NCBI GenBank assembly: GCA_020536535.1
Contig: JAHLWZ010000720.1
Location: 20,571-84,570, forward strand
Reading direction: 5' to 3'
From: Pelomyxa schiedti
Lineage: Eukaryota; Protista; Evosea
DNA: 64,000 nt
Below, piece by piece: positions 63,899-64,000 of the stretch. Each line of letters opens with the position of its first letter. Positions within the stretch are counted from its first letter, which is position 1. The notes under the pieces are model-generated. The model had not been told where the DNA came from and ran no database searches. It worked only from the letters and a program-made list of their open reading frames with translations. The position numbers and the translations under genes are program-made.

Positions 63899-64000
63899 TG
63901 AAGTGAAAAAACAATTCAGGGTTGCACTGTGTGTTCACTTTCTTCCCTCAAAATTTTCAGATTTTGGTGTCTGAAATCAAGAGCAAACCTCTCTGAGATT

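Overview
Compact, intron-rich eukaryotic genomic DNA: most introns are about 40-60 nt, the genetic code is standard and intergenic spacers are tiny. Gene content and style suggest an amoebozoan protist, possibly an archamoeba such as Pelomyxa; this is inference, not verified. Bases 1-44,300 are mostly tightly packed spliced genes: VWA/Vwaint protein, RlmM/FtsJ-like methyltransferase, GH7 glucanase, ZnF-UBP+M28 peptidase, NSUN5, AP-1 sigma, THOC2 (with a U12-type intron), HFM1/MER3, RING-H2 E3, a short CEP290-like protein, RNase T2, ML-domain protein, an atypical Rab, NCBP3-like protein and Rac/Rho. At 28.5-32.8 kb sits an island with a Crinkler-type NTPase+REase gene and a dead kinase. From 44.4 kb onward the region looks accessory and fast-evolving: ankyrin+ADP-ribosyltransferase, TKL kinase, decayed genes, a LINE endonuclease remnant, an LRR gene built from 11 tandem symmetric exon+intron cassettes, an intronless 682-aa orphan ORF, tRNA-Gln plus a duplicated half-tRNA, and a frameshifted transglutaminase-like relic. 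Gene models were spliced by eye, so outer coordinates and some starts are approximate, and family calls come from motif recognition rather than database searches.
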